From NCBI GenBank assembly GCA_934479825.1, contig CAKSOW010000002.1:95399-159398 (forward strand): a DNA stretch of 64,000 nucleotides, read 5' to 3'. Origin of the DNA: an uncultured Eubacteriales bacterium. Its GTDB lineage: Bacteria; Bacillota; Clostridia; Oscillospirales; CAG-382. Position 1 is the stretch's first letter, and each line of letters starts with the position of its first letter. The translations under genes and the position numbers were made by a program. Under the pieces are notes generated by a model, which was not told the origin of the DNA, ran no database searches, and worked only from the letters and a program-made list of their open reading frames with translations. Shown one piece after another: positions 34,973 through 45,048 of this stretch.

Positions 34973-36007
34973 TCAATCTCTTTTTTCAAGGCAGACAAGA
35001 TGCCCTACTCCCGGAATGGATTGGCCTTGTTTCACGCTTTGCGGACTCATGAGCGCACCGGTGCCGATAAGCACCATACGGCGCATAACGCCCGTTTTCA
35101 GCTCATGGTAAAAACGGCCGCTTGTTACGACGGCGCTGCATCCGCAGCCGGAACCGCCGCAGCCGACTTTCTGTTTGTCAAGGTCATAGATCAACGTGCC
35201 GCAATCGCAAAGGCTTTGCGCCGGATCGTTCTTTTCGTTGAGCATTTCCCGTGCAAGCGACAGTCCCTCTCTGCCGAGATCTCCCGTTGCGACTGCGTCG
35301 TAATCCGACGTTGTTTCGCCCGTACTGCCTAAATACCGCAAAACGGTATCTGCCGCCGCTGTCGCCATGGCCGCTCCCATGTTAGCTGCGTCCTTGATGC
35401 CGCGGTCGGAGACGATGCCATACAGGCCGCGCGTTAAAAACACGCCGGTTTCTTCCGGTTTTGCACGCACAAGAAGCGCCGCCCCTGCCCCGGTGACGGT
35501 GGTCTGCGCGGTAGTACCCGACACAGCCCCGTATTCAAGCGGAAACCGGAACTGCCGTTCGGCACTGCAAAAGTGGGAGGAGGCCGCAACGATGGCCGAA
35601 CCGATGTGGCCGGAATCGATCAAGAGCGCCGCTGTCAGAAGCCCCTCGGCAAAAGTGGAACAAGCGCCGTAAAGCCCAAGGTACGGAATATCGAATCCGG
35701 AAAGCCCATAGGCTGTGGAGGTACACTGATTCATTAAGTCTCCGGCTAAAAGCAGGTCGATATTCTTATCCTTTACACCGGCTTTTGCCATAAGGGTATT
35801 GACGGTCATACGCACCATTTCGGCTTCTGCCTTTTCAAATGTGCCGGTATGCAGATCGTCGCTGTCGCAGTATACGTCGAGATAATCGCCCAACGGGCCT
35901 TCTTTTTCGATTTTTCCGCCGGCACAGGCGGTTTCGGCAATTTTCACGCCGTTTTTTAGGATAAATGCGCCGCGTGAGGCGGTATAGGCACTGCAATCGG
36001 AATTCAT
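34973..36007 (-). CDS. spoVAD: Stage V sporulation protein AD (thiolase-fold)
   Basis: 344 aa. ...AGGKIEKEGPLGDYLDVY...GLYGACSTF... is the SpoVAD pattern. It sits directly upstream of spoVAE. Confidence 0.85.
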   Translation of the reverse strand: MNSDCSAYTASRGAFILKNGVKIAETACAGGKIEKEGPLGDYLDVYCDSDDLHTGTFEKAEAEMVRMTVNTLMAKAGVKDKNIDLLLAGDLMNQCTSTAYGLSGFDIPYLGLYGACSTFAEGLLTAALLIDSGHIGSAIVAASSHFCSAERQFRFPLEYGAVSGTTAQTTVTGAGAALLVRAKPEETGVFLTRGLYGIVSDRGIKDAANMGAAMATAAADTVLRYLGSTGETTSDYDAVATGDLGREGLSLAREMLNEKNDPAQSLCDCGTLIYDLDKQKVGCGGSGCGCSAVVTSGRFYHELKTGVMRRMVLIGTGALMSPQSVKQGQSIPGVGHLVCLEKRD

Positions 36008-36059
36008 GGCGTTTTCTCCTTGTCTGTTATCTTTATTGGCTCAATTGTATGTCTACGCC

Positions 36060-36088
36060 TATTTTTTCCATAGGGTGAAAAATTATAC
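36060..36088 (-). promoter_or_regulatory. Candidate forespore (SigF/SigG-type) promoter of spoVAD-spoVAE
   Basis: Minus strand: GTATA (36084-36088), a 14-nt spacer, then GGAAAAAATA (36060-36069). This resembles GYATA-N15-GGnRAnAnTW. It lies 52 nt upstream of the ATG. Confidence 0.35.
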
Positions 36089-36250
36089 ATAGCAGTCTTT
36101 GCGGCGTTTTTAACAGAAAAAGACCAGTATTTACAATTCCGAAAATAAAACGACACCTAAATTTCACTTAACCAACCTTGCCGATACACAATGTTTTTCT
36201 ATAATATCGCTGTAAAACAGAATAACCGTAAAGAAGAAAGGTATGGTCAC

Positions 36251-38170
36251 ATGAGCGAACCGAAAAAGACGATGGAGGAACTTGTTACCCCGGCTGACGG
36301 AACCTCCGCGGGCACGCCGGACACCGGCACATCTCAAAACACCGCAAAGGATACCAAAAAGAAACCGATACGGGGAAACAAACGAAAGAAGAAACTGAAA
36401 AAAATCCTTATCTGGGTTCTGATTATACTTGCCGTTATCGCGTTCATCGGCCACAAGATGGGATTTTTCGGTCAAAACGCAGGAGCGCAGAATGCCGAAA
36501 CCTACGACACCTATTCGGTCGGACGGCGTGACATCCAAAACGTTCTTACCGGAACGGGAACGCTTGCTCCGGCAGATTCCTACACAGTCACGGCTCTTGC
36601 CAGCGGTGAGATCACCGAGGATTATTTTGAAGAAGGCGATGTGGTTACCAAGGATCAGTTACTCATGAAAATTGATTCCGAAAACCTTGTTTCATCGCTT
36701 GAACGTGCGCAAAACAGCTATGACAATGCCAAAAAATCGCTGTCCGATCTGTATAAGGACAGAGACGACCTCACCGTCCGTTCGGACTATTCGGGTATTT
36801 TGCAGGTCATGGATTTAGAGGTAGGCGACGAAGTCATGAAAGGCGCGGTCATCGGCAGCATCATTGACCGCGACACCATGCTTATCGATATTCCGTTCAT
36901 GCAGGCCGACACATTCGGCATGGCCAAGGGCAATACCGCCGTTCTGACGGTAAGCGATACGCTTGAACAGATTACCGGTACGATAGATAAGATCAGTCCC
37001 TCCTACAAAGTCAATGAAAACGGCGTCAAGACGGTGGATGTGACCATTGCCGTCAAGAATCCCGGTGTCATCACCGAAAACACGTCAGCCACCGCCAAGA
37101 TCGGCGATTATTCCTGCACGGAAAGCGCCAAATTCTACTATAACGTCAACAAGCAGATCACCTCGGACGGTTCCGGCAAGGTTAAGACGGTTGTCAAAGA
37201 CGAGGGGGATTACGTAAACAAGGGAGATACGGTTCTTATTTTGGAAAGCGAAACGCTTGACGACAGCATCGACAAAGCCGAACGCAGTCTGAAAGAAGCC
37301 GCCAACAGCTTGAAAGACGCCGGAGACGCTTTCGACAACTACGAAATTACCGCCCCGATTTCGGGTACGGTCGTGGAAAAGAACTACAAACAGGGCGAAA
37401 AGATCGGTTCTTCCGGAAACGGAAACACCATTGCAGTCATTTACGACCTTTCCTCTCTCAAATTCGATATGAACATTGATGAGTTAGACATTGATTCCTT
37501 AGCGCTCGGTCAGGAAGTCAACATCACTTCGGACGCGAAGCCCGGCAAGAGCTATGTCGGAAAGATCACCAACATCAGCATCCAGGGTACAACCTCCAAC
37601 GGCACGACCTACTACCCGATCACCGTCACGCTCGACGATTACGGCAGTGACGAGGACGGCGGAAAACTCCGTCCCGGCATGAACATCGACGCAGAGATTA
37701 TTCTGGAAAAGGTCGAAAACGTCCTTGCCGTTCCGGTAGACGCCGTCGGCCGCGGCAACAAAGTCAAGGTCATCAAGAACCCCGAAGCCTATGCCTCTTC
37801 CGATACCGGAATGAAACAGGGCGAAAAAGATACAACCGCTATGCCGGATATGTCGGAAGCACCGGATATGCCGGAAAACGGTGAAATGACATTGCCGGCC
37901 GGTTTCACTCCCTCCGAAAACGGCAGCTATTCCACCGTTCCGAAAACGGCGGAATACACCGAAGTGACCGTGGAGACCGGCATCAGCGACGACGATTACA
38001 TTGAGATCACCTCCGGGTTAGAAGAGGGCGATGTGGTCATCGTTGAAAGCTCCGACCGCACAGCCCGCGACTGGCAGCAGCAGATGATGAACGGCATGGG
38101 CGGCAACATGGGCGAAGGTCCCGGCGACGGCGGTCCTTCCGGCGGCGGTCCGGGCGGCCCGGGCATGTAA
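36251..38170 (+). CDS. HlyD/MacA-family periplasmic adaptor (membrane fusion) protein with a Gly/Pro-rich tail
   Basis: N-terminal TM helix with barrel-sandwich and coiled-coil regions. The C-terminus reads ...MMNGMGGNMGEGPGDGGPSGGGPGGPGM. ATG at 36251 follows AAAGG. Confidence 0.75.
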   Translation: MSEPKKTMEELVTPADGTSAGTPDTGTSQNTAKDTKKKPIRGNKRKKKLKKILIWVLIILAVIAFIGHKMGFFGQNAGAQNAETYDTYSVGRRDIQNVLTGTGTLAPADSYTVTALASGEITEDYFEEGDVVTKDQLLMKIDSENLVSSLERAQNSYDNAKKSLSDLYKDRDDLTVRSDYSGILQVMDLEVGDEVMKGAVIGSIIDRDTMLIDIPFMQADTFGMAKGNTAVLTVSDTLEQITGTIDKISPSYKVNENGVKTVDVTIAVKNPGVITENTSATAKIGDYSCTESAKFYYNVNKQITSDGSGKVKTVVKDEGDYVNKGDTVLILESETLDDSIDKAERSLKEAANSLKDAGDAFDNYEITAPISGTVVEKNYKQGEKIGSSGNGNTIAVIYDLSSLKFDMNIDELDIDSLALGQEVNITSDAKPGKSYVGKITNISIQGTTSNGTTYYPITVTLDDYGSDEDGGKLRPGMNIDAEIILEKVENVLAVPVDAVGRGNKVKVIKNPEAYASSDTGMKQGEKDTTAMPDMSEAPDMPENGEMTLPAGFTPSENGSYSTVPKTAEYTEVTVETGISDDDYIEITSGLEEGDVVIVESSDRTARDWQQQMMNGMGGNMGEGPGDGGPSGGGPGGPGM

Positions 38171-38191
38171 GGCGTTTAAGAAGGTACGCAC

Positions 38192-38974
38192 ATGATAACA
38201 CTCAAAGACATTTATAAAATCTACTATAACGGCGACACTGAAACACGGGCAGCCGACGGCATCAATCTTCACATTGATAAAGGTGAATTTGTCGCAATTG
38301 TCGGTCAGTCCGGTTCGGGTAAATCGACCATTATGAATATCATCGGCTGTCTTGACACGCCGACCTCCGGTACATACGAATTGAACGGCATTGACGTAAG
38401 CACCATGGATGACGACGAGTTGGCCGAGATCCGCAATGTGACGCTCGGATTCATTTTTCAGCAGTACAACCTGATTCCCAAGCTTACTATTATTGAAAAT
38501 GTCGAACTTCCGCTGTTATACGCCGGACTCGACAAGCATGAACGCAGAGAGAGAGCCCGCGCAATGCTTGAAAAGGTAGGTCTTGTCGGAAAAGAAAAGA
38601 ATTATCCGGCTCAACTTTCCGGCGGTCAACAGCAGCGTGTATCCATTGCCCGTGCTCTTGCCGGAGACCCGTCGGTCATCTTGGCCGACGAACCGACCGG
38701 CGCACTTGACAGCCGCACCGGCCGCGAAGTTCTTTCGTTCTTGCAGAAACTGAACGACGAAGGCAACACCATCGTGCTTATCACGCACGACAACGGAATT
38801 GCCGCTTCCGCCAAGCGCATTGTACGCATACACGACGGAAAGATCATCTACGACGGACCGGCTGACGCGCCGGGTGCGGTGGTAAACGCAAACGTTGCGT
38901 TTGACGACGACCCTCTCGTGAAAAAAGAAAAAGAGAAAGCAAAAGCCGAGACCGGTACGGAAGGGAGGGCGTAA
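38192..38974 (+). CDS. ABC transporter ATP-binding protein (MacB/LolD-like)
   Basis: Walker A GQSGSGKST, signature LSGGQQQRV and Walker B ILADEPTGALD. Confidence 0.92.
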   Translation: MITLKDIYKIYYNGDTETRAADGINLHIDKGEFVAIVGQSGSGKSTIMNIIGCLDTPTSGTYELNGIDVSTMDDDELAEIRNVTLGFIFQQYNLIPKLTIIENVELPLLYAGLDKHERRERARAMLEKVGLVGKEKNYPAQLSGGQQQRVSIARALAGDPSVILADEPTGALDSRTGREVLSFLQKLNDEGNTIVLITHDNGIAASAKRIVRIHDGKIIYDGPADAPGAVVNANVAFDDDPLVKKEKEKAKAETGTEGRA

Positions 38975-38976
38975 TC

Positions 38977-40161
38977 TTGGGCATTACACAATGCTTTATC
39001 ATGGCGCTCAAAAGCCTGTCCACCAGTAAAATGCGCGCCTTTCTCACCATGCTTGGCATTATCATCGGCGTTGCGGCGGTCATTTTGATTATGTCGCTCG
39101 GCAACGGTATGCAGGTCTATATCAACGATATGTTTGCCGAGCTTGGCACCACCACCATAAATGTAACCGTCATGGGACGCGGCTCAACGCGAAAAGTCGA
39201 TGTGGACGATATGTACGCGTTCTACGATGAAAATGCCGATGAATTTGCGCAGATCAGCCCCCTTGTCAGCGTGAACGGCAGTGTCCGCACCACGGTGGAC
39301 AGCGAAACCTACACGCCGACCATCACCGGTGTAAGCGAAGATTATGTAGCGGCCAAACGCCAGAAGATTGCAGACGGACGAAACCTCACCTATATTGATA
39401 TCAAGGAAAACAGCAAGGTCTGTGTGGTCGGTTCGTATTACGCCTATCTGTACAATGACGATATCGTCGGAAACACAATTAAAATCAACGGCGACAAATA
39501 CACGGTCGTCGGCGTCGTCGAAGAACTGGACGACCGCACCGATGAGGACGGGAGCGACAATTTTGTCTATGTTCCCTACTCCTCGGCGGCTAAGTTCTTG
39601 GCGCGAAACGCCAATATTTCCTCTTATATCTTTCTTTCCTCATCGGAGGACAATGTGGATGCGTGCGTGGATTTAATTGAAAACCGCCTGTATGAAACTT
39701 TCCAGAACGAAGATTTATACATGGTTATCAGCAATTCCGCCATTTTAGACAGCATGACCGACATGATAAACATTGTCGTCAACGTGCTTTCCGCCATTGC
39801 CGCCATTTCCTTGGTAGTCGGCGGTATCGGCATTATGAACATCATGCTTGTTTCCGTTACCGAACGCACACGCGAGATCGGTATCCGCAAGGCGCTCGGC
39901 GCCAAAGGCAAGCACATCCGCCTGCAATTCGTCATTGAGGCAGGCACGACAAGCGCTCTTGGCGGTGTTGTCGGAATTCTTCTCGGCGTAGCCGGCGCTT
40001 CGGTGGTTTCGACCCTTTGGGAGGACTTTACCGCTGTTCCGACCGCCGAGGCGATCCTTCTTGCTTTCGGCATCTCAGTCGCCATCGGTATCCTGTTCGG
40101 GTATCTGCCTGCCAACAAAGCGGCTAAACTGAACCCGATCGAAGCTCTGCGCTATGAATAA
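38977..40161 (+). CDS. ABC transporter permease (FtsX/MacB-type)
   Basis: TTG start 7 nt after GGGAGGG. MacB-like topology: TM1, a large extracytoplasmic domain, then three C-terminal TM helices (FtsX domain). Confidence 0.85.
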   Translation: MGITQCFIMALKSLSTSKMRAFLTMLGIIIGVAAVILIMSLGNGMQVYINDMFAELGTTTINVTVMGRGSTRKVDVDDMYAFYDENADEFAQISPLVSVNGSVRTTVDSETYTPTITGVSEDYVAAKRQKIADGRNLTYIDIKENSKVCVVGSYYAYLYNDDIVGNTIKINGDKYTVVGVVEELDDRTDEDGSDNFVYVPYSSAAKFLARNANISSYIFLSSSEDNVDACVDLIENRLYETFQNEDLYMVISNSAILDSMTDMINIVVNVLSAIAAISLVVGGIGIMNIMLVSVTERTREIGIRKALGAKGKHIRLQFVIEAGTTSALGGVVGILLGVAGASVVSTLWEDFTAVPTAEAILLAFGISVAIGILFGYLPANKAAKLNPIEALRYE

Positions 40162-40207
40162 TTCACACGACAAGCATAACGATATACACAAAGAAAGGAA
40201 AAAACAT

Positions 40208-42922
40208 ATGAAAGCATGGATTCGCTTTTTGACGTCGGTCACAGTCGCCGGCACACTGCTTTGCGGCGCGGCCTTTGCCGAGCACACCGGCATAAGCGGC
40301 ACGGACGACAGCGAAAAAGCACAGGTATTACAGCTTTTGGAGATCATGAACGGTGACGAAAACGGCAATCTCAACTTAGAGGCGCCGGTCACGCGTGCGG
40401 AATTTGTAAAAATGGCGGTAAACGCCTCAGTCTACAAGGATTCGGCCGGACAGAGCACGGTTTCGCTGTTCCCGGATGTCACCGAGGAACACTGGGCGAG
40501 AGGCTATGTATCGACCGCTATCAAAGCGGGACTCGTTTCCGGTTATCTTGACGGCACGTTCCGTCCGGAAAACACCGTAAAACTGGAAGAAGCCGTCATC
40601 ATTTCGTTAAAACTGTTAGGTTATACGAACGATGATTTCAAAGGCACTTATCCCGATTCCCAACTTGCCAAATATCATGAGATCGACCTCGACACCGGCA
40701 TGACCGCCGTGCGCGGCGACACGCTGACGCGACTTGACTGCATGCGGCTTCTCTACAACACGCTCTGCGTCAAGACCAAGAACGGTACTCTTTATTGCAC
40801 AACACTCGGTCATGCGGCCGATTCGGACAACACGGTCGATTATCTGGCGCTTTTATCCGCCGACATGACCGGCCCATATGTCAATAAAGACGGTTCGCTT
40901 GCAACGCGTGTCGGCTTTATCCACAATCCGAACGCCGTCTTTTACCGCGACGGAAAAAAATCGACTCTTGAAGCCCTGTCGGATTATGACGTATACTATT
41001 ACAGCAGCAAGCTCAAAACCGTCTGGTGTTATACCGACAAGGAATTCGGAAAGATTACTTCCGTCAATCCCAACCGCGAAACGCCGCAGTCGATGACGCT
41101 CGGCGCCGCCACCTATTCCCTGACCCCTGCCGCCGCAAAAAAACTCACCAATGCCGGCGGTATCGGCAAGGACGATTATGTCATGCTGATGCTTGACAAA
41201 GACGGTGCCGTTGCAGATCTTGTGCTTGCCGACGCCGCCCTTTATGACGCCTACGCCGACAAGGACGCCGATCGACTGACTGAAGTCAACAAAACCGTCA
41301 GCGATCCGATCGTCGTTAAAGATCTAAGCACCTACACAAAGGATATCCCGTTTGACCTCTCTTCGGCAACGCTGTTACTCGACAGCGAACCGATAAGCGC
41401 CTCAGACATCCGGCTAAACGATGTAATCTATTATTCCGAACCGTTCCGTTCGGTCTGGGTGTTCCGTGATACAGCAAGCGGCGTATGCAACGCCGTTTCT
41501 CCCAACCGCCAGAATCCGCAGTCGGTCACGGTCGGCGGAAAGACTTATACCCTTTCAACCGACGATATCGTCTATAAATTCTCCAATTACGGCACCATCA
41601 AGACCGATATGCTGGTGACACTCTTACTTGGCAAGGACGGCGGTGCAGTCGATGTTATCGCGGCCGATGAAAGCATTATCGGCGACGGTGAAAACCAGGT
41701 TCCGTATGCCGACATTGTATCTTCGACGCTCAAAGGGCCGTACATTGCTGAAAAGAACGGCACAATCAATTCCGATGAAATCAATCTTTCGGCCGCCGTT
41801 ATCTATAAAGGCAACAAAACGGTTAACGCCGCTTCCATTCGTCAATATGATATATACTATTATTCCAAGCTGTTGAATACCGTTTGGCTTTACGATGATA
41901 CAGTCGTCGGAACGGTAGAGAGCATTGCTCCCACACGCGCTATGCCGACATCGGTCACGGTTTCCGGCAAAACGTATACCCTTGAAAGCTCGGGAGCACA
42001 GTATGCCTTATCCAGTCTCGGTTCTTACGATGTAGGCGACCGTGTGACGCTGTTGCTCGGCAAAGACGGCGCTGTGGCCGGTATCGCCGGTGCACAAGCT
42101 GCCGGAGGCAAAACCGTTTACGGAGTTGTCACTTCAAGCGGCGAAAAGCAATACACCGACAAAGACGGCAAAAAATATACCGCCGATTATATAACGGTCT
42201 TTACGGTAGACGGCGATACCTTTACCTATGAATACGACAGTTCCTATAAGGAAGGCGACGCAGTCAAAATCATTGTGACGGAAAACAAGACGCAGATCAC
42301 CGGTCTTTCCGGCCCGCGCTCCATGTCCTATGCGGCTGACGTATCAAACGCGGTCAAGGACGGCAAGATTACAAGCGATGCGAAGATCATCGATTATTAT
42401 GACGCCGACATCCATGCGACTGTACTGCCGAACCGCATTTCCGGCACGAGCCTTTCATACAGCGATATCAAATATTACGCGATGAACGATGCCGGTGAGG
42501 TGGAGATTTTAATACTCAACAACTATACAGGCGACCTCGTCGAATACGGACTTCTGACCGAAGTCAAAGGCTCGACCTACAAATATATTTTAAGCGACGA
42601 TGAAACCACGTTCAATTCGGGCGACACGCGCTATACGGTCTCCACGGGCGCTGCTTACTTTGCGATATCCGGAAACCAGATCACCAAGATCGGCAATATC
42701 AAAGCCAATGTATCCTTAAAGATCGTGGACGGTCAAAAGGGCTATACCGAATCAGGCAAAGCTTACGTCATTGACGACAACGCACGCGTCTATATCCGCA
42801 TGGACGGCAAGTACAAGGCTTGCGACGTAAAGGACCTCGAAAAGGGCAATTACACCATGACCGGCTACTACGACAAGGATCCGGCGTATGGCGGTAAGAT
42901 CCGCGTTATTCTGGCGTATTAA
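40208..42922 (+). CDS. Secreted SLH-domain cell-wall protein with three tandem repeats of about 120 aa
   Basis: Signal peptide MKAWIRFLTSVTVAGTLLCGAAFA. SLH motifs include FPDVTEEHWARGYVSTAIKAGLVSGYLDGTFRPENTV. The repeats lie at nt 40865-41227, 41306-41662 and 41729-42088. Confidence 0.8.
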   Translation: MKAWIRFLTSVTVAGTLLCGAAFAEHTGISGTDDSEKAQVLQLLEIMNGDENGNLNLEAPVTRAEFVKMAVNASVYKDSAGQSTVSLFPDVTEEHWARGYVSTAIKAGLVSGYLDGTFRPENTVKLEEAVIISLKLLGYTNDDFKGTYPDSQLAKYHEIDLDTGMTAVRGDTLTRLDCMRLLYNTLCVKTKNGTLYCTTLGHAADSDNTVDYLALLSADMTGPYVNKDGSLATRVGFIHNPNAVFYRDGKKSTLEALSDYDVYYYSSKLKTVWCYTDKEFGKITSVNPNRETPQSMTLGAATYSLTPAAAKKLTNAGGIGKDDYVMLMLDKDGAVADLVLADAALYDAYADKDADRLTEVNKTVSDPIVVKDLSTYTKDIPFDLSSATLLLDSEPISASDIRLNDVIYYSEPFRSVWVFRDTASGVCNAVSPNRQNPQSVTVGGKTYTLSTDDIVYKFSNYGTIKTDMLVTLLLGKDGGAVDVIAADESIIGDGENQVPYADIVSSTLKGPYIAEKNGTINSDEINLSAAVIYKGNKTVNAASIRQYDIYYYSKLLNTVWLYDDTVVGTVESIAPTRAMPTSVTVSGKTYTLESSGAQYALSSLGSYDVGDRVTLLLGKDGAVAGIAGAQAAGGKTVYGVVTSSGEKQYTDKDGKKYTADYITVFTVDGDTFTYEYDSSYKEGDAVKIIVTENKTQITGLSGPRSMSYAADVSNAVKDGKITSDAKIIDYYDADIHATVLPNRISGTSLSYSDIKYYAMNDAGEVEILILNNYTGDLVEYGLLTEVKGSTYKYILSDDETTFNSGDTRYTVSTGAAYFAISGNQITKIGNIKANVSLKIVDGQKGYTESGKAYVIDDNARVYIRMDGKYKACDVKDLEKGNYTMTGYYDKDPAYGGKIRVILAY

Positions 42923-42953
42923 AATTTATAATACGGTCTCTTTCTTAAAAGTC

Positions 42954-42995
42954 GAACCGGTATGCATGTATTTGCATACCGGTTCTTTTCGTTTC
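42954..42995 (+). terminator. Rho-independent terminator of the ABC/SLH operon
   Basis: GAACCGGTATGCA-TGTATT-TGCATACCGGTTC followed by TTTTCGTTTC. Confidence 0.85.
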
Positions 42996-43045
42996 GCCGC
43001 ACGTTCCATACGAACCATGCGGATCTTAGCAATTTTCGTGCTTCA

Positions 43046-43885
43046 CTAAATCATTTTTTCTAATTGATCGGTCACGCCGTCAAGCGCCGCAGTAGACGCC
43101 TTTTCGATCTCACCTGCATCACAGAGAGCGGCAAGTTTTGGGTCAAACGGCATTTGTGCAAGCAACTTCAAGCCCTGCTCTTTTGCCGTTTCGGCTGTTT
43201 TGCTTTGTCCGAAGATCTCGATGCGTTTTCCGCAATCGGGACATACGACATAGCTCATATTCTCCACAAGCCCCAAAATCGGGATATTCATCTTTTTTGC
43301 CATATTGACCGCTTTGCTCACCACGAGCGATACAAGCTCTTGCGGACTTGTCACGATGACGATACCGTCGAGCGGAATCGACTGGAACACCGTCAACGGC
43401 ACATCGCCCGTTCCGGGAGGCATATCCACGAACATAAAGTCCACGTCTTCCCAAACGGTATCCGTCCAAAACTGTTTTACTGCGCCTGCGATGACCGGAC
43501 CACGCCAGATGACCGGCGTATCTTCGGTTTCAAGCAGCAGATTGGCTGACACGATCTTCGTGCCGCCGTGCGAGACCATCGGTAGCATCAGTCCGTCATA
43601 GCCGGAAAGGCGGCCATGCAAGCCGAACGCTTTCGGAATAGAGGGACCTGTGATATCCGCATCTAAAATTGCCGTATGGAAGCCTTTACGCGCCATAAGC
43701 ACAGCAAGCAGTGAGGTAACCATGGATTTGCCCACGCCGCCCTTACCGCTGACAACGCCGATAACTTTTTTAACCGAGCTGTTTTCATTTAACGGTTCAA
43801 GCATGCTTTCCGGCTTTTCGCGCGAAGAACAGCTTGCCGAGCAAGAACCGCAGTCATGGGTGCATTCTTCTGCCATTTTCTTCAT
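43046..43885 (-). CDS. Mrp/NBP35 (ApbC)-family Fe-S cluster carrier ATPase
   Basis: P-loop GKGGVGKS and CPDCG (CxxC). The Cys-rich N-terminus reads ECTHDCGSCSASCSS. Confidence 0.85.
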   Translation of the reverse strand: MKKMAEECTHDCGSCSASCSSREKPESMLEPLNENSSVKKVIGVVSGKGGVGKSMVTSLLAVLMARKGFHTAILDADITGPSIPKAFGLHGRLSGYDGLMLPMVSHGGTKIVSANLLLETEDTPVIWRGPVIAGAVKQFWTDTVWEDVDFMFVDMPPGTGDVPLTVFQSIPLDGIVIVTSPQELVSLVVSKAVNMAKKMNIPILGLVENMSYVVCPDCGKRIEIFGQSKTAETAKEQGLKLLAQMPFDPKLAALCDAGEIEKASTAALDGVTDQLEKMI

Positions 43886-43948
43886 CCTTTCGGTACACGT
43901 GTTTCTTTTCTATTCTTTCCGACGACAGGGAAAAATACACGTGCCGTT

Positions 43949-43979
43949 ATAAAAAACCGCCGCAAGATTTGCGGCGGTT
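43949..43979 (-). terminator. Rho-independent terminator
   Basis: Minus-strand AACCGCCGC-N7-GCGGCGGUU followed by UUUUUUAU, 18 nt after the stop of the 104-aa gene. Confidence 0.8.
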
Positions 43980-43996
43980 AATTTCATTGATTTCGA

Positions 43997-44311
43997 TTAT
44001 TCTTCGTCCGGAATATCCGTCTCGCCGCAGCAAGAACCGTCGCAAAGCTCTTCGTCGTCATAATCTTCGTAATCGTCCATATCGTCGAGATCGCCGTAAA
44101 TTTCACGTTCTACCTCGCCGAGGTCTTCGTCGAGCTCGTCCGCATAGTCATACAGCGTTTCCACATCCTCGTCAAGGCCTGCTATTTCTTCCGCCATATC
44201 GTCGAGAATATCGGCGATAGCGGCAATTAACTTGCCTTCCTTGGAATGGGTGTCATATTCCATGCCTTCCATAAGGCCTTTGAGATGCGATACTTTTTCC
44301 TTGATTTCCAT
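43997..44311 (-). CDS. Small, very acidic protein with a C-terminal CDGSCCG motif (function unknown)
   Basis: 104 aa. The N-terminal helical region MEIKEKVSHLKGLMEGMEYD... is followed by a D/E-rich tail ending ELCDGSCCGETDIPDEE. Confidence 0.65.
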   Translation of the reverse strand: MEIKEKVSHLKGLMEGMEYDTHSKEGKLIAAIADILDDMAEEIAGLDEDVETLYDYADELDEDLGEVEREIYGDLDDMDDYEDYDDEELCDGSCCGETDIPDEE

Positions 44312-44368
44312 AAGATAGCTCCTTTCGCCGCAAGTATGGTTGTTAAAGTATTGCCGTTTTCCTTAAAT

Positions 44369-44926
44369 TTATGCTCTTTCGAGATATTCGCCGGTACGGG
44401 TATCGATTTTGAGAACATCGCCGATATCGACAAAGAGCGGAACCTTGATGGTAGCGCCGGTTTCGAGAGTAGCGGGCTTGGAAGCGCCGGTTGCGGTATC
44501 GCCCTTGAAGCCGGGTTCGGTCTCGGTTACTTTGAGTTCAACGAACATCGGAGGTTCTACGCCAAAGACATTGCCCTTGTAGGACATAATCTTGCACATC
44601 ATTTCCTCTTTTACGAACTTGAAGTTGTCGCCGAGTTTGGATTTGTCGATCGGGAGCTGTTCATAGGAATCCATATCCATAAAGTAGTAAAGCTCGCCGT
44701 CGTTGTAGAGATACTGCATTTCTTTTCTCTCAACGAGAGCAATCGGATATTTGTCGGTCGGGTTAAAGGTCTTTTCAACAACAGCGCCGGTAATGACGTT
44801 GCGAAGCTTCGTTCTTACGAAAGCCGCGCCCTTGCCGGGTTTTACGTGCTGGAATTCGATAATCTGCATAACACTGCCATCCATATCGAATGTAAGACCG
44901 TTTCTGAAATCGCCTGCTGTAACCAT
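44369..44926 (-). CDS. efp: Translation elongation factor P
   Basis: 185 aa. ...[20 protein letters not shown]... is the canonical EF-P signature. Confidence 0.97.
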   Translation of the reverse strand: MVTAGDFRNGLTFDMDGSVMQIIEFQHVKPGKGAAFVRTKLRNVITGAVVEKTFNPTDKYPIALVERKEMQYLYNDGELYYFMDMDSYEQLPIDKSKLGDNFKFVKEEMMCKIMSYKGNVFGVEPPMFVELKVTETEPGFKGDTATGASKPATLETGATIKVPLFVDIGDVLKIDTRTGEYLERA

Positions 44927-45048
44927 GAGTTTGATCCTCCAAAAAATTAAATACGCAAAAAATTACAGATATATTATACTACAAAAGAACGCATAATGCA
45001 ATAGTTTTTTCTAAATTTATCGCCGCAGAACATCTTTTTACGCTTTTT

